Of a DNA stretch of 64,000 bases, positions 45,699 to 56,187 are shown piece after piece. The stretch covers positions 43,360 to 107,359 of the forward strand of contig PBLS01000043.1 of the NCBI GenBank assembly GCA_002721825.1, in the 5' to 3' direction. The DNA is from Magnetovibrio sp. (GTDB lineage: Bacteria > Pseudomonadota > Alphaproteobacteria > Rhodospirillales > Casp-alpha2). The translations under genes were made by a program, and so were the position numbers. Below the pieces are notes generated by a model. The model was not told where the DNA came from, searched no databases, and saw only the letters and a program-made list of their open reading frames with translations. Position 1 is the stretch's first letter. Each line of letters opens with the position of its first letter.

Positions 45699-47651
45699 TT
45701 GGCTGAATTATTATTTGTTCTTTTAATGTTATTCTCCGCGACTGGTGCTGGCGCGTTAGTACTTGGAATGGCGGGTTGGCTGAAGGTATTGCCCTCCGGG
45801 GAAAAGTGGTGTGTTGCTCTGGCGCTTGGAGTAGGTAGTATCGGGTGGTTGGCATTTTGGCCTGGTATGGTTGGGTTGCTTACTCCTTTATCAATGTTGG
45901 TCGGGATAATTTTATTAATTCCGGCTAATTTTCTATTACTTTCTAGTAATAGAGAGCAAAACGCTGTTTTCTTTTTGGGAAATACTGCGCCAAATGTCAA
46001 CTGGTGTAGTTTAGCCATTGCGCTGGCTGCGATTGGAATAGCTATTTTCGTTCTGGATGTTCTAGAGGCGCTGGCCCCGCCAATTGAGGCCGATACTTTA
46101 GCATACCATTTTGATCTGCCAGATTTCTTTGCTGATGAGGGGAAAATTGTTTTTGTTCCGCGTGCGCTGACTGGTGCGATCCCCTTGCTCATGCATATGA
46201 CGTACACAATTGCAGCAGTGATTGGAAAATTCAGTTGGCTTGACGTTGAACTAATGTTGATGCTCTGGGTGCTTTTTACAGGTTGGGGCGGCGCTATTAC
46301 TCTATTCTTTCTTGCTCGCCGCTGGTTATCTCCAGCTTGGGCCCTAAGTTTAGCCCTTGTTTACCAGACAATGCCAACGTTTATCTACGGTGCAGGAAGC
46401 GGGCAAGTGGAAGCTCGTTTAGGGCTTTTCGTAATTGCGGCAATAATTGTTTTTATTACGAACTACCAAAGTGACAAAAGGGGAGCCATGGTATTGCTCG
46501 GAACTTTTGTTGGGTTTTACGTGGCCTCTAAATATACAGGGCTAATATTTGCTATAGCGTTTGGCGGAACCTTATTTGTGACGATATTTAGACGTTCAAC
46601 ACGAAATCTGGTGATTGCAAAGGATATGTTTCTTTTTACAGCCACGGCCGTAGCCGCAGGGGGGCAATGGTATTTGTGGAATTTTATACATACTGGAGAT
46701 CCGGTTTTTCCAATGCTTTTTCGATGGGTTGGCAGTGATATGATGCCGTATTGGTCTACTCTGCATGATGCCCATTTTCGTGCGGTCATAGCTTTGCGCG
46801 GCACTCCAATAGGGTCATTTTTCGAAAAGGTAATGTTTCCGTGGTCTGCCACATTCACGCCGATTAGAGAAATTGATTCGGGGAGGGTTGGACTAGGGCC
46901 ATTTGTACTCGTAATTTTACCATTATCGCTTTACGCGGCATGGATAAATCGGCGCAAGGCTTTTGTCAGCCCATTGCTGCCAGCATTAACAACTTTGTTG
47001 TTGTTTTATCTCTTGTGGTTGCAGTTTGGTGGGATACCAAAGGTGAGGCATATTTCTCCAATCGTTGGCCCTGTGATCGTGATTTTATTTGTTTCAGCGT
47101 TGCAGATTAAAGCCTTTCGACTTCCGCTCGCATTTTCGGTTATTGCAGTTCTCTGTCTCCAAGTAGGCGTACAAGTTGTGTACGTTAAATCTGCCGCTCA
47201 ACGGCTTATAATGGGTGAAGGGCGTGACCAGTATTTAACGAGGGTTATTGGGGATGATTATCGAGTGATTAAGTGGATTAACAATCATGCAAAAGAAATC
47301 CCACACTTATTAATTTCGGATCGGGAATTCAACTTTCAAATTAAAACTAGAACAACTTTTGTGCATCACCTTACGACGGGTATACTAGATTTGCGTGAAG
47401 GACATGTTTATGCGGATAGTTTGTGGAGAGGCGTATGTAAGTTAGGAGTGAGCCATGTTTTGAACCCGAGGGAAAATGCGCCCTCTAAATTAACTATGGC
47501 CGGACAATACCCTGTTCTTGAAAAGAGAGGGTTAATGGTTCGACTTAAAACATTTAAGACTAAACCGTTTGTTTCCAGAACTTTAAAATTGCCAGCTTCA
47601 CAAGTTACGGTCCGTTCAGTCTGGAGAGTTAAACGACACTTATGCGCGTGA
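45699..47651 (+). CDS. polytopic membrane protein, GT-C-like (ArnT/PMT-type glycosyltransferase candidate)
   Basis: 650-aa ORF with more than 10 hydrophobic segments in the N-terminal two-thirds and a soluble C-terminal domain. The start is TTG at 45699 or ATG at 45726. Confidence 0.5.
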   Translation: MAELLFVLLMLFSATGAGALVLGMAGWLKVLPSGEKWCVALALGVGSIGWLAFWPGMVGLLTPLSMLVGIILLIPANFLLLSSNREQNAVFFLGNTAPNVNWCSLAIALAAIGIAIFVLDVLEALAPPIEADTLAYHFDLPDFFADEGKIVFVPRALTGAIPLLMHMTYTIAAVIGKFSWLDVELMLMLWVLFTGWGGAITLFFLARRWLSPAWALSLALVYQTMPTFIYGAGSGQVEARLGLFVIAAIIVFITNYQSDKRGAMVLLGTFVGFYVASKYTGLIFAIAFGGTLFVTIFRRSTRNLVIAKDMFLFTATAVAAGGQWYLWNFIHTGDPVFPMLFRWVGSDMMPYWSTLHDAHFRAVIALRGTPIGSFFEKVMFPWSATFTPIREIDSGRVGLGPFVLVILPLSLYAAWINRRKAFVSPLLPALTTLLLFYLLWLQFGGIPKVRHISPIVGPVIVILFVSALQIKAFRLPLAFSVIAVLCLQVGVQVVYVKSAAQRLIMGEGRDQYLTRVIGDDYRVIKWINNHAKEIPHLLISDREFNFQIKTRTTFVHHLTTGILDLREGHVYADSLWRGVCKLGVSHVLNPRENAPSKLTMAGQYPVLEKRGLMVRLKTFKTKPFVSRTLKLPASQVTVRSVWRVKRHLCA

Positions 47652-47720
47652 AATTTAACTCGTTGAGCATAGCCCAAACTTCACAGACGGGATAGTCCAA
47701 AGATTAACACATTGATTTAA

Positions 47721-49313
47721 CTATGCCCCGTTTGGCCAAATGTATTGCTTGTCGAGCCCTTCATTAAGGGAAAAAAGTCTCTTGGGTTTAGGATAGCAAA
47801 ATGACTCTTCATTAGAATAGTTGTCCGCACTCGCGACATGCCTATGATTTTGCCTAGGGCCTTGTTCGGCGGAAGCACCATAAAAAGGAGCTATTTTATC
47901 ATTTATTTCAAGATGATCCTCCAACCAACAAATGCTGCGGGTATATTTAGGGCCAGTTTGGCTATATGGTCGAAAAATCATTAGCCATTTTAGGATTTTT
48001 ACAATCTTTCCAAAGGTCAGCAATGAGGCGCCCCTTAGGAGTAGGTGTAAAAGCGGGTGGGGAGAAAAATAGCGTACACGATGCAAATTACCAGAAATAC
48101 AGACGGATTCGCCCGTGACAGCGACTGCCCAATTCTTAGACCACCAATTGCTCGTCCATACGACCTTTTTTTTATTTATGCGCCAACCATTATCGATGAT
48201 GGGTGCTTCGCCCTTACGCTGTATCCGAATTAGCCCACCTTTATTGGCGCTAAAAAACACCGTCGTATTGCCTTTATGGACCCTGCGAATCCAGTAGCCG
48301 CACCCTTCGAACCATTTGTATTCGGGGAGTTTAGGAGTTTGCGCTGGCATCATTTTTTTCAGGTGAGGCATAGCCTTGACCAAGCTTCCAAAAATATAGT
48401 GGCAATGGTAGCGATCATCGATCGAATTAAAGAAATGCTCAGGAGTATTGATCCCATTAAATAGTTGGTGGACTAGCCACGCAGCCGCAGGATTGCGTGA
48501 AGCTGCTCTAACAAGACCATATGGAACTACATAATCGGTATTACGACTATTGATAGTCCACGGTAGATTTCCATCTGACCCTATTAACTGTAATAGAAAT
48601 TCCACAGCACGGTCTATTGCTATTATGGCTCTATCGTCACCAGTTGCATCATGAAAATCGATAAGGGCATCAATCGTTACTGTTAGATATCCAAAATCTG
48701 GGCCACCATATTCTGGAAACCACCCCTCAGGATGCTGCGTTGAAAAAAACTTATCTGACAACGTATGATGTGCTTCAGCATCAAGATGGAGGTTTGGCAA
48801 AAGTGTAGCGAGGGCTATCCCGGCTAATCCGGCTGCTTGTTGATTGCTTGCTTGTGTTTCCGTGCTTAAGATCAAACCTCGGGCCAAGCGGCGTAAGCCG
48901 CGCCAGTCTTCAGTTTTCAGAGGTGGAGGACTTTCCAAAGGCCATCGCCACAAAACATACCCGATAGCATACAGACTGAAAGCAGCAGCGGGATAGCTTC
49001 GTTCATAAGGATAATATTCATCTACACTACCGCTCCAGCGAGTTTGGCGGACTAAAGCTCGAATTGCGCCGACGATCCAGCTTTCTATTAACTCCTTTGA
49101 TACGGAGCGCTCTATGGAGCCACGAAGAATAGAATCCAGGACAACTACACCTTGTTGCAGAATAGATGAGGGAAAGTCTCTTATCTTATAATGCCAATAA
49201 TTTCTATCAAAACACCCAAACGTTGGCGACATCGGGTCTCGGTCCATTTGTGTTAGAACCCGTGGGGTGGCTCGACGAGCGTAATCAAGAAACTCCTCCT
49301 CAATTAAGGTCAT
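47721..49313 (-). CDS. hypothetical protein (530 aa)
   Basis: Long ORF with a 14-nt overlap to the upstream gene. I recognise no motif. Confidence 0.6.
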   Translation of the reverse strand: MTLIEEEFLDYARRATPRVLTQMDRDPMSPTFGCFDRNYWHYKIRDFPSSILQQGVVVLDSILRGSIERSVSKELIESWIVGAIRALVRQTRWSGSVDEYYPYERSYPAAAFSLYAIGYVLWRWPLESPPPLKTEDWRGLRRLARGLILSTETQASNQQAAGLAGIALATLLPNLHLDAEAHHTLSDKFFSTQHPEGWFPEYGGPDFGYLTVTIDALIDFHDATGDDRAIIAIDRAVEFLLQLIGSDGNLPWTINSRNTDYVVPYGLVRAASRNPAAAWLVHQLFNGINTPEHFFNSIDDRYHCHYIFGSLVKAMPHLKKMMPAQTPKLPEYKWFEGCGYWIRRVHKGNTTVFFSANKGGLIRIQRKGEAPIIDNGWRINKKKVVWTSNWWSKNWAVAVTGESVCISGNLHRVRYFSPHPLLHLLLRGASLLTFGKIVKILKWLMIFRPYSQTGPKYTRSICWLEDHLEINDKIAPFYGASAEQGPRQNHRHVASADNYSNEESFCYPKPKRLFSLNEGLDKQYIWPNGA

Positions 49314-50709
49314 GACTAATTACCTTCGCAGACGAATTTATTTCTTGCCAACGCTCTCGATTATCGTTGATGATAAATCGGCAGTCGACAAGTCCTCTCC
49401 GTTTCCCTGGTTTTGAGATATATTTCCATACTTTGCGTAAAATATTAAAAGCTGGGCCGAGTACAGAAACGGGAATATAATGCAAAACTTTACGAGCGGC
49501 GTTTGTTCTGCCGATAGAAAATTGTGCCGAAATGATGGATTCGATTAGCTTTCGTGAATAAGGGATTTTTTGGGGGATATAACCAAAATCGGGCACAGGG
49601 TCCCCTCTTTGCTCTTGCGAGGCCAGTCTAATAAAAGTTCCACGCTTCTTAAAATCTAGCATGTGACCATGCATTGAAAAAGCCTTACTAATAGGTATGG
49701 GGTCCAGATAAAGTTCATTACTGTAACTTAAATCGGCTAAAATCTTATGCATTTCTTTAGTTCGAGCAATGACAACTGAATGCCCAATGCCTTGCTTCTC
49801 AAGGATTGGTTCCCACGCATCGCCGACTGAAATATCTGTAAGTTCGTTTGTAAAATCGGGAATGATTTGAGAGTTGCGGGAAATATAAAAAGGGATAAGG
49901 TAATTATAATAAAATTTTTCCGCTTTAAAACTTTGACCATCTGCAGTCGTTACATCAAGGTGTCCTGGCCATGCACCAGCCCGCCATCGAATAGATTCAA
50001 TAGGAACTTTCTCAGAGACGCCTTGGCCAGATAAAAATGCTCTAATAGCACCAGAATACATATTTGTGCCAGTATAAGGCCCTAGCACATAAACAATTTT
50101 TAATGCAGCCGGGTAACCTGCGGCTTGTAGCATGCGGATAGCTGCTACTTGTTCGGGGAGACCTACAAATGCAAGTTTTCCTGGAAACGCGTCAATTTCA
50201 TTTAGAATAGTTAGAGTAGGTGTAACCGCGTATACGCTTTGGCGAGCAAGAAGTATCTCCTCTTTAGTTGTTGCAATAAACGGGGTTGCAGTTTCAGGGT
50301 CTTCACGACCCTGCTGTAAAACGACGGCGCCATCTATCGCAGCAGAATCTAGAAGATGGATAAGAACGCGAGATATAACTCCTCCCGATGCCGCTTCTAA
50401 TCTAATCTTTGGATCAGTTGCATGAGATAAAAATATATTTTCATATGGGCCGATTAACCAAGAAAAAAATTTGGGGTTTTGAAGTCGAAATAGTTCTGGG
50501 AAAGGAATCCCCCTACCTGGACAGACAGCCCAAGCTAGTTCCAACTTCTCTGGCTTAAAATTATTTTCTGAGTACTTAAGTTTTGGAACAGGACCATTTT
50601 CAGTTTCAGAAAATGTAAGAATTTCTGGGTTAAGTCCAACGCATGCTCCACAAAAAAAACAGTTGCCGGGCTCTATAACTTCATTTTGTAGTCGCTCCCA
50701 TGGTGTCAT
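49300..50709 (-). CDS. FrhB/FdhB-like (coenzyme F420 hydrogenase beta-subunit family) iron-sulfur flavoprotein
   Basis: N-terminal CFFCGACVGLNP ferredoxin-like Cys motif. The size and layout are as I recall for family members in polysaccharide loci. Confidence 0.5.
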   Translation of the reverse strand: MTPWERLQNEVIEPGNCFFCGACVGLNPEILTFSETENGPVPKLKYSENNFKPEKLELAWAVCPGRGIPFPELFRLQNPKFFSWLIGPYENIFLSHATDPKIRLEAASGGVISRVLIHLLDSAAIDGAVVLQQGREDPETATPFIATTKEEILLARQSVYAVTPTLTILNEIDAFPGKLAFVGLPEQVAAIRMLQAAGYPAALKIVYVLGPYTGTNMYSGAIRAFLSGQGVSEKVPIESIRWRAGAWPGHLDVTTADGQSFKAEKFYYNYLIPFYISRNSQIIPDFTNELTDISVGDAWEPILEKQGIGHSVVIARTKEMHKILADLSYSNELYLDPIPISKAFSMHGHMLDFKKRGTFIRLASQEQRGDPVPDFGYIPQKIPYSRKLIESIISAQFSIGRTNAARKVLHYIPVSVLGPAFNILRKVWKYISKPGKRRGLVDCRFIINDNRERWQEINSSAKVISHDLN

Positions 50710-50721
50710 AATTTGTAAATT

Positions 50722-51678
50722 CTATTTACTGCTTTTGAGTTCAGCTCGTCTAAGGCGTAGTCTTACCTCCTCCAATAACGTACGATTTACGCTCAAGAGG
50801 TGAGCTACCAATCCCAGAACATAGGTTTGGAATCCAATCAACATAAGAATTGCAGCTAGTATCAGGCTTGGGACGTGAGTCCGACCAGGTTCGAGAAAAA
50901 ACCAGAATAGGAAAAGCCACCGTAAACCAATTATAAAGCCTATTGAAAAAGGAATTGTTCCAAGAATCATAAAGAATTTTAACGGACGATATATCATAAA
51001 GATACGCAGTATCGTTATGATAGATTGCGCAACATAATTTAGGGTGCTTTTTACCAGTCGTGATGGTCTTAAGTCACCATTTACTCCAACATCAACAGAG
51101 ACTACGCGCATATTTTTACGACCGGCTTGTATTATTGTTTCTAGAGTATAGGTGTAAGTGTTTAAAACGTTGAGCCGCATAGCGGCATCTCTTGAAATGG
51201 CGCGAAAACCGCTAGGCGCGTCTTTTACATCAGTACCACTGATAACACGTACAACCCAGCTTCCAATTAGTTGCAACATTTTCTTTAGGGTCGAAAAATG
51301 AGTTATATTAGTTACTGGTCTGGCACCAATAACCATATCAGCATTTTCATGGAGAATAGGAGCTAGTAATTTTGGAATATCGGAGGCACGGTATTGATTA
51401 TCGGCATCGGTATTAACAATAATGTCAGCACCTAAGCGGAGGGATTCTTCGATACCAACCATGAAGCCACGGGCTAAGCCTAAGTTGTGTGGCAAGTTGA
51501 TTATATGGTTAACTCCATGTGCCTCCGCAACAGAGGTTGTTCCGTCTGTTGATCCATCATTAATAATAAGCCATTCAACTTTTTCTATACCATCAAGCTT
51601 TCTTGGTAATTCAGATAATGTTTGTCCAAGCGTTTCTTCTTCATTGAAGCAGGGGATTTGAATTATCAGTTTTTTCAT
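50722..51678 (-). CDS. GT2 polyprenyl-phosphate glycosyltransferase (GtrB/ArnC/DPM1-like)
   Basis: IQIPCFNEEETL and DADNQY motifs. Two C-terminal TM helices (FFMILGTIPFSIGFIIGL and LILAAILMLIGFQTYVLGLV). Confidence 0.8.
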   Translation of the reverse strand: MKKLIIQIPCFNEEETLGQTLSELPRKLDGIEKVEWLIINDGSTDGTTSVAEAHGVNHIINLPHNLGLARGFMVGIEESLRLGADIIVNTDADNQYRASDIPKLLAPILHENADMVIGARPVTNITHFSTLKKMLQLIGSWVVRVISGTDVKDAPSGFRAISRDAAMRLNVLNTYTYTLETIIQAGRKNMRVVSVDVGVNGDLRPSRLVKSTLNYVAQSIITILRIFMIYRPLKFFMILGTIPFSIGFIIGLRWLFLFWFFLEPGRTHVPSLILAAILMLIGFQTYVLGLVAHLLSVNRTLLEEVRLRLRRAELKSSK

Positions 51679-52066
51679 AATTAGGCCGAGGCACTATTAA
51701 CCATTTTAAAATCAAATACTATCGTGAGTTGTTATCAAAGAAATTGTCAAAGAACACAATATGCATCAAATAATTACCTCTAATAAAGTAAAATACAGAA
51801 TGAATAGTAAAAGCGCTGAGCCTTTTTTGGGACTATTTTGTATATTAGGCGCATCACTTATAATTGTTAACTATTATCTTTAATATTCAGCTGACGAGGG
51901 GGGTTAAACTTTTGGATAATGGAAAAACAAGTAGAATTATAAAAGACTATTAATAGAATACGTTTTTTGGTGGATGCAAAAATAATATTGCTTAGATTTT
52001 TCACGTGAGATTGGACTTTAATCAATCACAAGAGCCTATATTGTGCTGATATAATGAATAGAAGTT

Positions 52067-53629
52067 TTGGAATTTAATTTTGAAAGCCCCAAAGCTATGA
52101 AAAAAATTCGCCCTTTAGTAGTACTGGGGCTCATTCTATTTTTAATCGCGGTTTCGTTAGAATTTGCGCCAAGTCAAAAACATGCCGTGCTTGCATCAGC
52201 CGTAATATTATTTAGCGTTTTGCCAGCGGTTTTGTACTTTCGCGCGGGTTCCCGTTCGGCGATACCCTTTTTCGAGTCGTCTTGTATCTACTACGCCGTA
52301 TTTTTTGGGGCACCTGTTTTTTCAGCAGGGTTATTTTGGAGCGATCAACAACTACACCTCCTTGGAAGACTTGATACAGTATTATTTTATCAATATGCCT
52401 TTAACGGCTTGGATGCAGCATTCTCTCTTGAGGCTTTAATTTATACATTTCTATCTATCGGTGCTTATATTGCCACTTTTTATTCATTTAGGTACTTGCT
52501 TTACAGGTTTTTTCCCAACGCAGGCGACAAGGGGTCTAAATTTGAAAAAGAGCAACTTATTTCCATGGCGTGGGGTGCACTAGCTCTACATTTTGCGTAT
52601 CATTTTATTCCTTTTTTTCAAACGCTACCGTCTATTAAGCAACTTTTACATCCTATGGGCTTTTTGGGCCTAGGATTATTTATATATTTAGCGATGACAC
52701 GGAAAATTTCTCTTTATCAATCTATTATAGTGTTGGGTATTTTATATCCCTTAGTTTTATTAAAGATTTTATCCCATGGTTCTTTAAGCCAGATTTTATT
52801 CTACCTGGTTATTGTTTTTCTAGCTCTTTTCTACGTTAGGCGTAAAATACCATGGAAAATCCTCATTATAGCGGGGGTTTTTATCTTAGTAGGTTATGAC
52901 ACCGTCTTTATGTTTAGAGGGATGACTTGGACAACGCTTTCGCATATTCAAAATGATGATTCTCCAATTTACAGCCATTATAATGTGGCGCAAAAGGCGG
53001 GTCTTTTTTGGGCTATAATACTGAAGAGAATAACCGGGTATTCGCCGGTCGATATTCCTGAAGTATCAATCAACATTCCTAAAAATAAGACAGGTGACCC
53101 TAATAAACGTCGGTGGCGTCATCGCTTTGCGCACATAACACTCTTGTCTGGAACAATGGAGCAAACACCAGCTAATTTCCCGTACTGGAAAGGAGATAGC
53201 TATAGACCTCTTGTCGGTGCTTTGGTTCCTAGGTTTTTTTGGCCGGATAAACCGAAGGAGAACTTTGCTGGGACTTATGGTGTTCGTTATTGGGGGACTC
53301 ACCAATCGACATCGGTGAATATTCCTTGGCTAGTTGAACTCTATGGAAATTTTGGACGATTGGGGATGATATTTGGAATGATATTTTTTGGTGCAGCTTT
53401 TGCATTTTTTGATAGAGTATTAAACACGAGAAATGGTGCACCTGCAAAAGCCATGATAGGTGTAGTTATTCTATTTCCATGGGTTTATCCAGAATCAAAT
53501 TTTTCTGTAATGGTTGGTACAACACCTTTATTATTATTGTGTTTGTTTTCATATGTTTTTCTTGTAAAGAAAAGTGTGAATATACTGGCGACGCGGTATA
53601 ATAAATCGAGGGTTGTTGACCATATTTAA
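52067..53629 (+). CDS. polytopic membrane protein, Wzy-like polymerase candidate
   Basis: 520-aa, very AT-rich, strongly hydrophobic ORF with a larger loop near RFFWPDKPKENF. The start is TTG at 52067 or ATG at 52097. Confidence 0.45.
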   Translation: MEFNFESPKAMKKIRPLVVLGLILFLIAVSLEFAPSQKHAVLASAVILFSVLPAVLYFRAGSRSAIPFFESSCIYYAVFFGAPVFSAGLFWSDQQLHLLGRLDTVLFYQYAFNGLDAAFSLEALIYTFLSIGAYIATFYSFRYLLYRFFPNAGDKGSKFEKEQLISMAWGALALHFAYHFIPFFQTLPSIKQLLHPMGFLGLGLFIYLAMTRKISLYQSIIVLGILYPLVLLKILSHGSLSQILFYLVIVFLALFYVRRKIPWKILIIAGVFILVGYDTVFMFRGMTWTTLSHIQNDDSPIYSHYNVAQKAGLFWAIILKRITGYSPVDIPEVSINIPKNKTGDPNKRRWRHRFAHITLLSGTMEQTPANFPYWKGDSYRPLVGALVPRFFWPDKPKENFAGTYGVRYWGTHQSTSVNIPWLVELYGNFGRLGMIFGMIFFGAAFAFFDRVLNTRNGAPAKAMIGVVILFPWVYPESNFSVMVGTTPLLLLCLFSYVFLVKKSVNILATRYNKSRVVDHI

Positions 53630-53746
53630 AGATTTAAGAGAACAATAAGCCTGCTTTTCTATTTATCTAAATATAAGAACAAATAGTTCGAGAAGGTAAT
53701 ATATATTGTGCGTTCGTTCAGTACTGAAGATCCAAAAAAGAATGAC

Positions 53747-54772
53747 TTATTGTTTTATGGTTTTGGCTAGCATGCTAGCTGCTAGGCTATGTGCCGTTTC
53801 ATTCCAGTGACCATCATTTTTGAAATGAAAGTTTAGTGGGTTATTGGTTGATTCCATATGCATTCTTGGGTCAACGACTTTGATTCCCTGGTTTCTCACG
53901 AGATTTACAAACACATTGTGAGTTTGGTCCGTAGCGCGACGCTTTTCCTTCCGACCCACCCATAAAGCCCGTGATGGAATAATTAAAACAATTGTATTAA
54001 ACGGAGCTGATATCTCTCGTAGTTTTTGAACTGAAGATTTAATTAGGTCAATATCGAAACTATGATAGTTAATGCCATGAAGGTTTGGGGTAATAACACC
54101 AACCTTTACAGCAATGTTTTTAAGCCATTTTGTATTTTGAATTATTGATGTTATGAAAAAATAAGCAGCGGAATTACTGGTCAAATAAGTCTTGATGGTT
54201 GCTAGACTTATAAACTTCCGCAAAGGGTTTTGTTCTCCTTTTTTAGGGGTGCTTTCTTCTTTTAGGCCATAGTATCGTAGATCGTTCTCCATACAAACGC
54301 CTATAATTAGGTTTTTAATATTAGCACCATTCTTTCTTGAATATTTAATCAAGCGATCATAACCGCTGAAATTTGTCGTAGTACTGATATTAAAAATTTT
54401 ATGGTTACGTAGAATTCTTTGTAATTTATTTGAATAGCGGTTCTTTTCCTCAACGCCCCACCCGAATGAAAACGAATCGCCAACGACGAAGTAATCAGTC
54501 GGTTTGGCATCAGCAAGGTTTTTTCTCTCTCGTAACCCTAGTTTATTTATATACACCGTTACGTCATAGTCTCCAGTGTTTTTCACTTGTCTCTGAAGGC
54601 CATGCTTTTTTACGAGGACTACACCATCGGCGGACTCTGTAAAATGTATGTGGCCGGATGGATCAAATTTTGGATAGGTGAAACGCACTGCATATTCAAA
54701 TACAAAAAATGCGATAGCGAAACCGAGAGCTATTAATACTAGATTAATTGATAATTTCCTCAGAATATCCAT
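53747..54772 (-). CDS. membrane-anchored SGNH/GDSL hydrolase (glycan O-acyl esterase/transferase-like)
   Basis: N-terminal TM helix, block I VVGDSFSFGWG and block V NDGHWN. Confidence 0.75.
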   Translation of the reverse strand: MDILRKLSINLVLIALGFAIAFFVFEYAVRFTYPKFDPSGHIHFTESADGVVLVKKHGLQRQVKNTGDYDVTVYINKLGLRERKNLADAKPTDYFVVGDSFSFGWGVEEKNRYSNKLQRILRNHKIFNISTTTNFSGYDRLIKYSRKNGANIKNLIIGVCMENDLRYYGLKEESTPKKGEQNPLRKFISLATIKTYLTSNSAAYFFITSIIQNTKWLKNIAVKVGVITPNLHGINYHSFDIDLIKSSVQKLREISAPFNTIVLIIPSRALWVGRKEKRRATDQTHNVFVNLVRNQGIKVVDPRMHMESTNNPLNFHFKNDGHWNETAHSLAASMLAKTIKQ

Positions 54773-56041
54773 TCAAGTTTTGCTCCAAACTTTTGAGGTG
54801 TGATCAAGATGGTGGATAGAGGAAACCAGTGCAATGGATAATACAAACGATACTTGCCACCAGGCTGACCAGTAGGAGTAGTTGAATAAACCCGATACCC
54901 AGTAACCAGCCATAATTGTGAGGGCGGCGACAGAAGAACTATCGCCATACCGTTTATACAATCGAATAAAATGGTATGCTGCTAATGTGGCAGAAACCAT
55001 CATAGCAATAAGACCAATGCTGCCTGTTTCTGCCAAGATTTCAAAAAACCAATTATGCGGATGTGCCGGTATTATGTGCAGTGTTTCATTTCCAGGTAAG
55101 GGTTGATCTGCACCTGGGGAGAAATTGATAGTGTTCGCACCAATTCCGAGCCAAGGAGCACTATGTGTTATATTAAAGGCATACTCCCAGATGGTTTGGC
55201 GTTGAAAGTCTATTAGCCAGATTGGCAAAGGCCAATCTCCCAATGGTTCGAGTTTAGACACCACTAATGTTCTGGAGGTTTTTAGCCAATCTAAAATCGC
55301 AACAAGCAAACCGCCGAAAACAATAAGCACACCGCTTGCGATGATGCGACCTCCTGGTCGAGTTAGGGTTAGGAAAGCTATAACTGGGAGCATGGCTAGC
55401 AATCCTGCTATCGCGGCCCGATTATAACTATTCCATACTAGAACCCCAAATCCCAGTATGGCTGCAGCCCCTATTCCGCGCCATAACCAAGATTGACGCC
55501 AAGCTGAGACCGCTATTACGGGTATAAGTAGGACAGCAAGTGAAGAAAAGCCTTTGAAGGCGTGGGGCATTATAGGTGTTTCCTGCCAGCCTTTTAACTT
55601 CAATAACCAGTATAGCTGGGGCAATAGGGACATTTCGATAAGGGCTAAGAATACTGCTATAAAACTGGAAGTAATAAATGCTCGGATACAGATTTGTTTT
55701 AACTGATATTTATCTTTCAACGCAGCGAAAACTATCGTACCTAAGATGATAAAAAAAATAGACCTACATGTTGCCTCCAAAGAACGGACTGGAAATACTG
55801 AGCCAAACGAGCTAACTATCCAAACAAAAGCAGTAATAGAGACCGCGACGCCGAGTGGCCTTTTAAATTGAGTGAGAACGTACCCCCAGGTCTGACCTTT
55901 GGGGTTACTTAAAATTAGAAATAAAATGCCAAGGCCAAAAACAATTCCAAGTACTACTCGCCCAAAAACCAGCATGGGTATAGCAGTCCCAACGAGTGTG
56001 GCAGAAACATGGTCGAGACGGGAGTGTTGTGTTTTCGCCAA
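54773..56041 (-). CDS. O-antigen ligase/polymerase family (Wzy_C domain) membrane protein
   Basis: AHPHNWFFEILAETGSIGL motif in a large loop. About 10-12 TM segments. TTG start. Confidence 0.75.
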   Translation of the reverse strand: MAKTQHSRLDHVSATLVGTAIPMLVFGRVVLGIVFGLGILFLILSNPKGQTWGYVLTQFKRPLGVAVSITAFVWIVSSFGSVFPVRSLEATCRSIFFIILGTIVFAALKDKYQLKQICIRAFITSSFIAVFLALIEMSLLPQLYWLLKLKGWQETPIMPHAFKGFSSLAVLLIPVIAVSAWRQSWLWRGIGAAAILGFGVLVWNSYNRAAIAGLLAMLPVIAFLTLTRPGGRIIASGVLIVFGGLLVAILDWLKTSRTLVVSKLEPLGDWPLPIWLIDFQRQTIWEYAFNITHSAPWLGIGANTINFSPGADQPLPGNETLHIIPAHPHNWFFEILAETGSIGLIAMMVSATLAAYHFIRLYKRYGDSSSVAALTIMAGYWVSGLFNYSYWSAWWQVSFVLSIALVSSIHHLDHTSKVWSKT

Positions 56042-56138
56042 TTCTATTCACCCGTCCAGTTTGAGTTTGCAATTGATTAACCTTGATGCTTGGTTATGAC
56101 AAGTCCGCAAGTGTTTTGATAAGCCTATAATGAAAGAA

Positions 56139-56148
56139 TTTTTTTTTT
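56139..56148 (+). repeat. T10 homopolymer that separates ATG 56130 from the pgl-like reading frame
   Basis: ATG AAA GAA followed by T x10. With T9, the frame would read MKEFFFTNFDSAVSAIAKDMASLIKAF continuous with ORF 56188..56766. Confidence 0.85.
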
Positions 56149-56187
56149 ACAAACTTCGATTCCGCTGTATCAGCTATAGCTAAAGAC

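Noticed and set aside
45557-45706. An unlisted 49-codon ORF (MRDISQNGLGKDQWLCTIAFCWVLFTIFLYFYQF...) with one hydrophobic helix, ending 8 nt into the GT-C ORF. A similar 40-codon ORF lies at 51761-51883, upstream of the Wzy-like gene.
   Set aside because: Short hydrophobic ORFs arise easily in AT-rich, T-rich intergenic DNA. Both have weak ribosome-binding sites, and I cannot assess conservation. They are worth a look only if ribosome profiling or homologues support them.
45692-46207. A 171-aa minus-strand ORF (and 45664-45855) overlapping the 5' end of the GT-C gene.
   Set aside because: It lies antisense to a long hydrophobic ORF, and its translation is Ala/Ser/Lys-rich with no motif. It is likely a shadow ORF.
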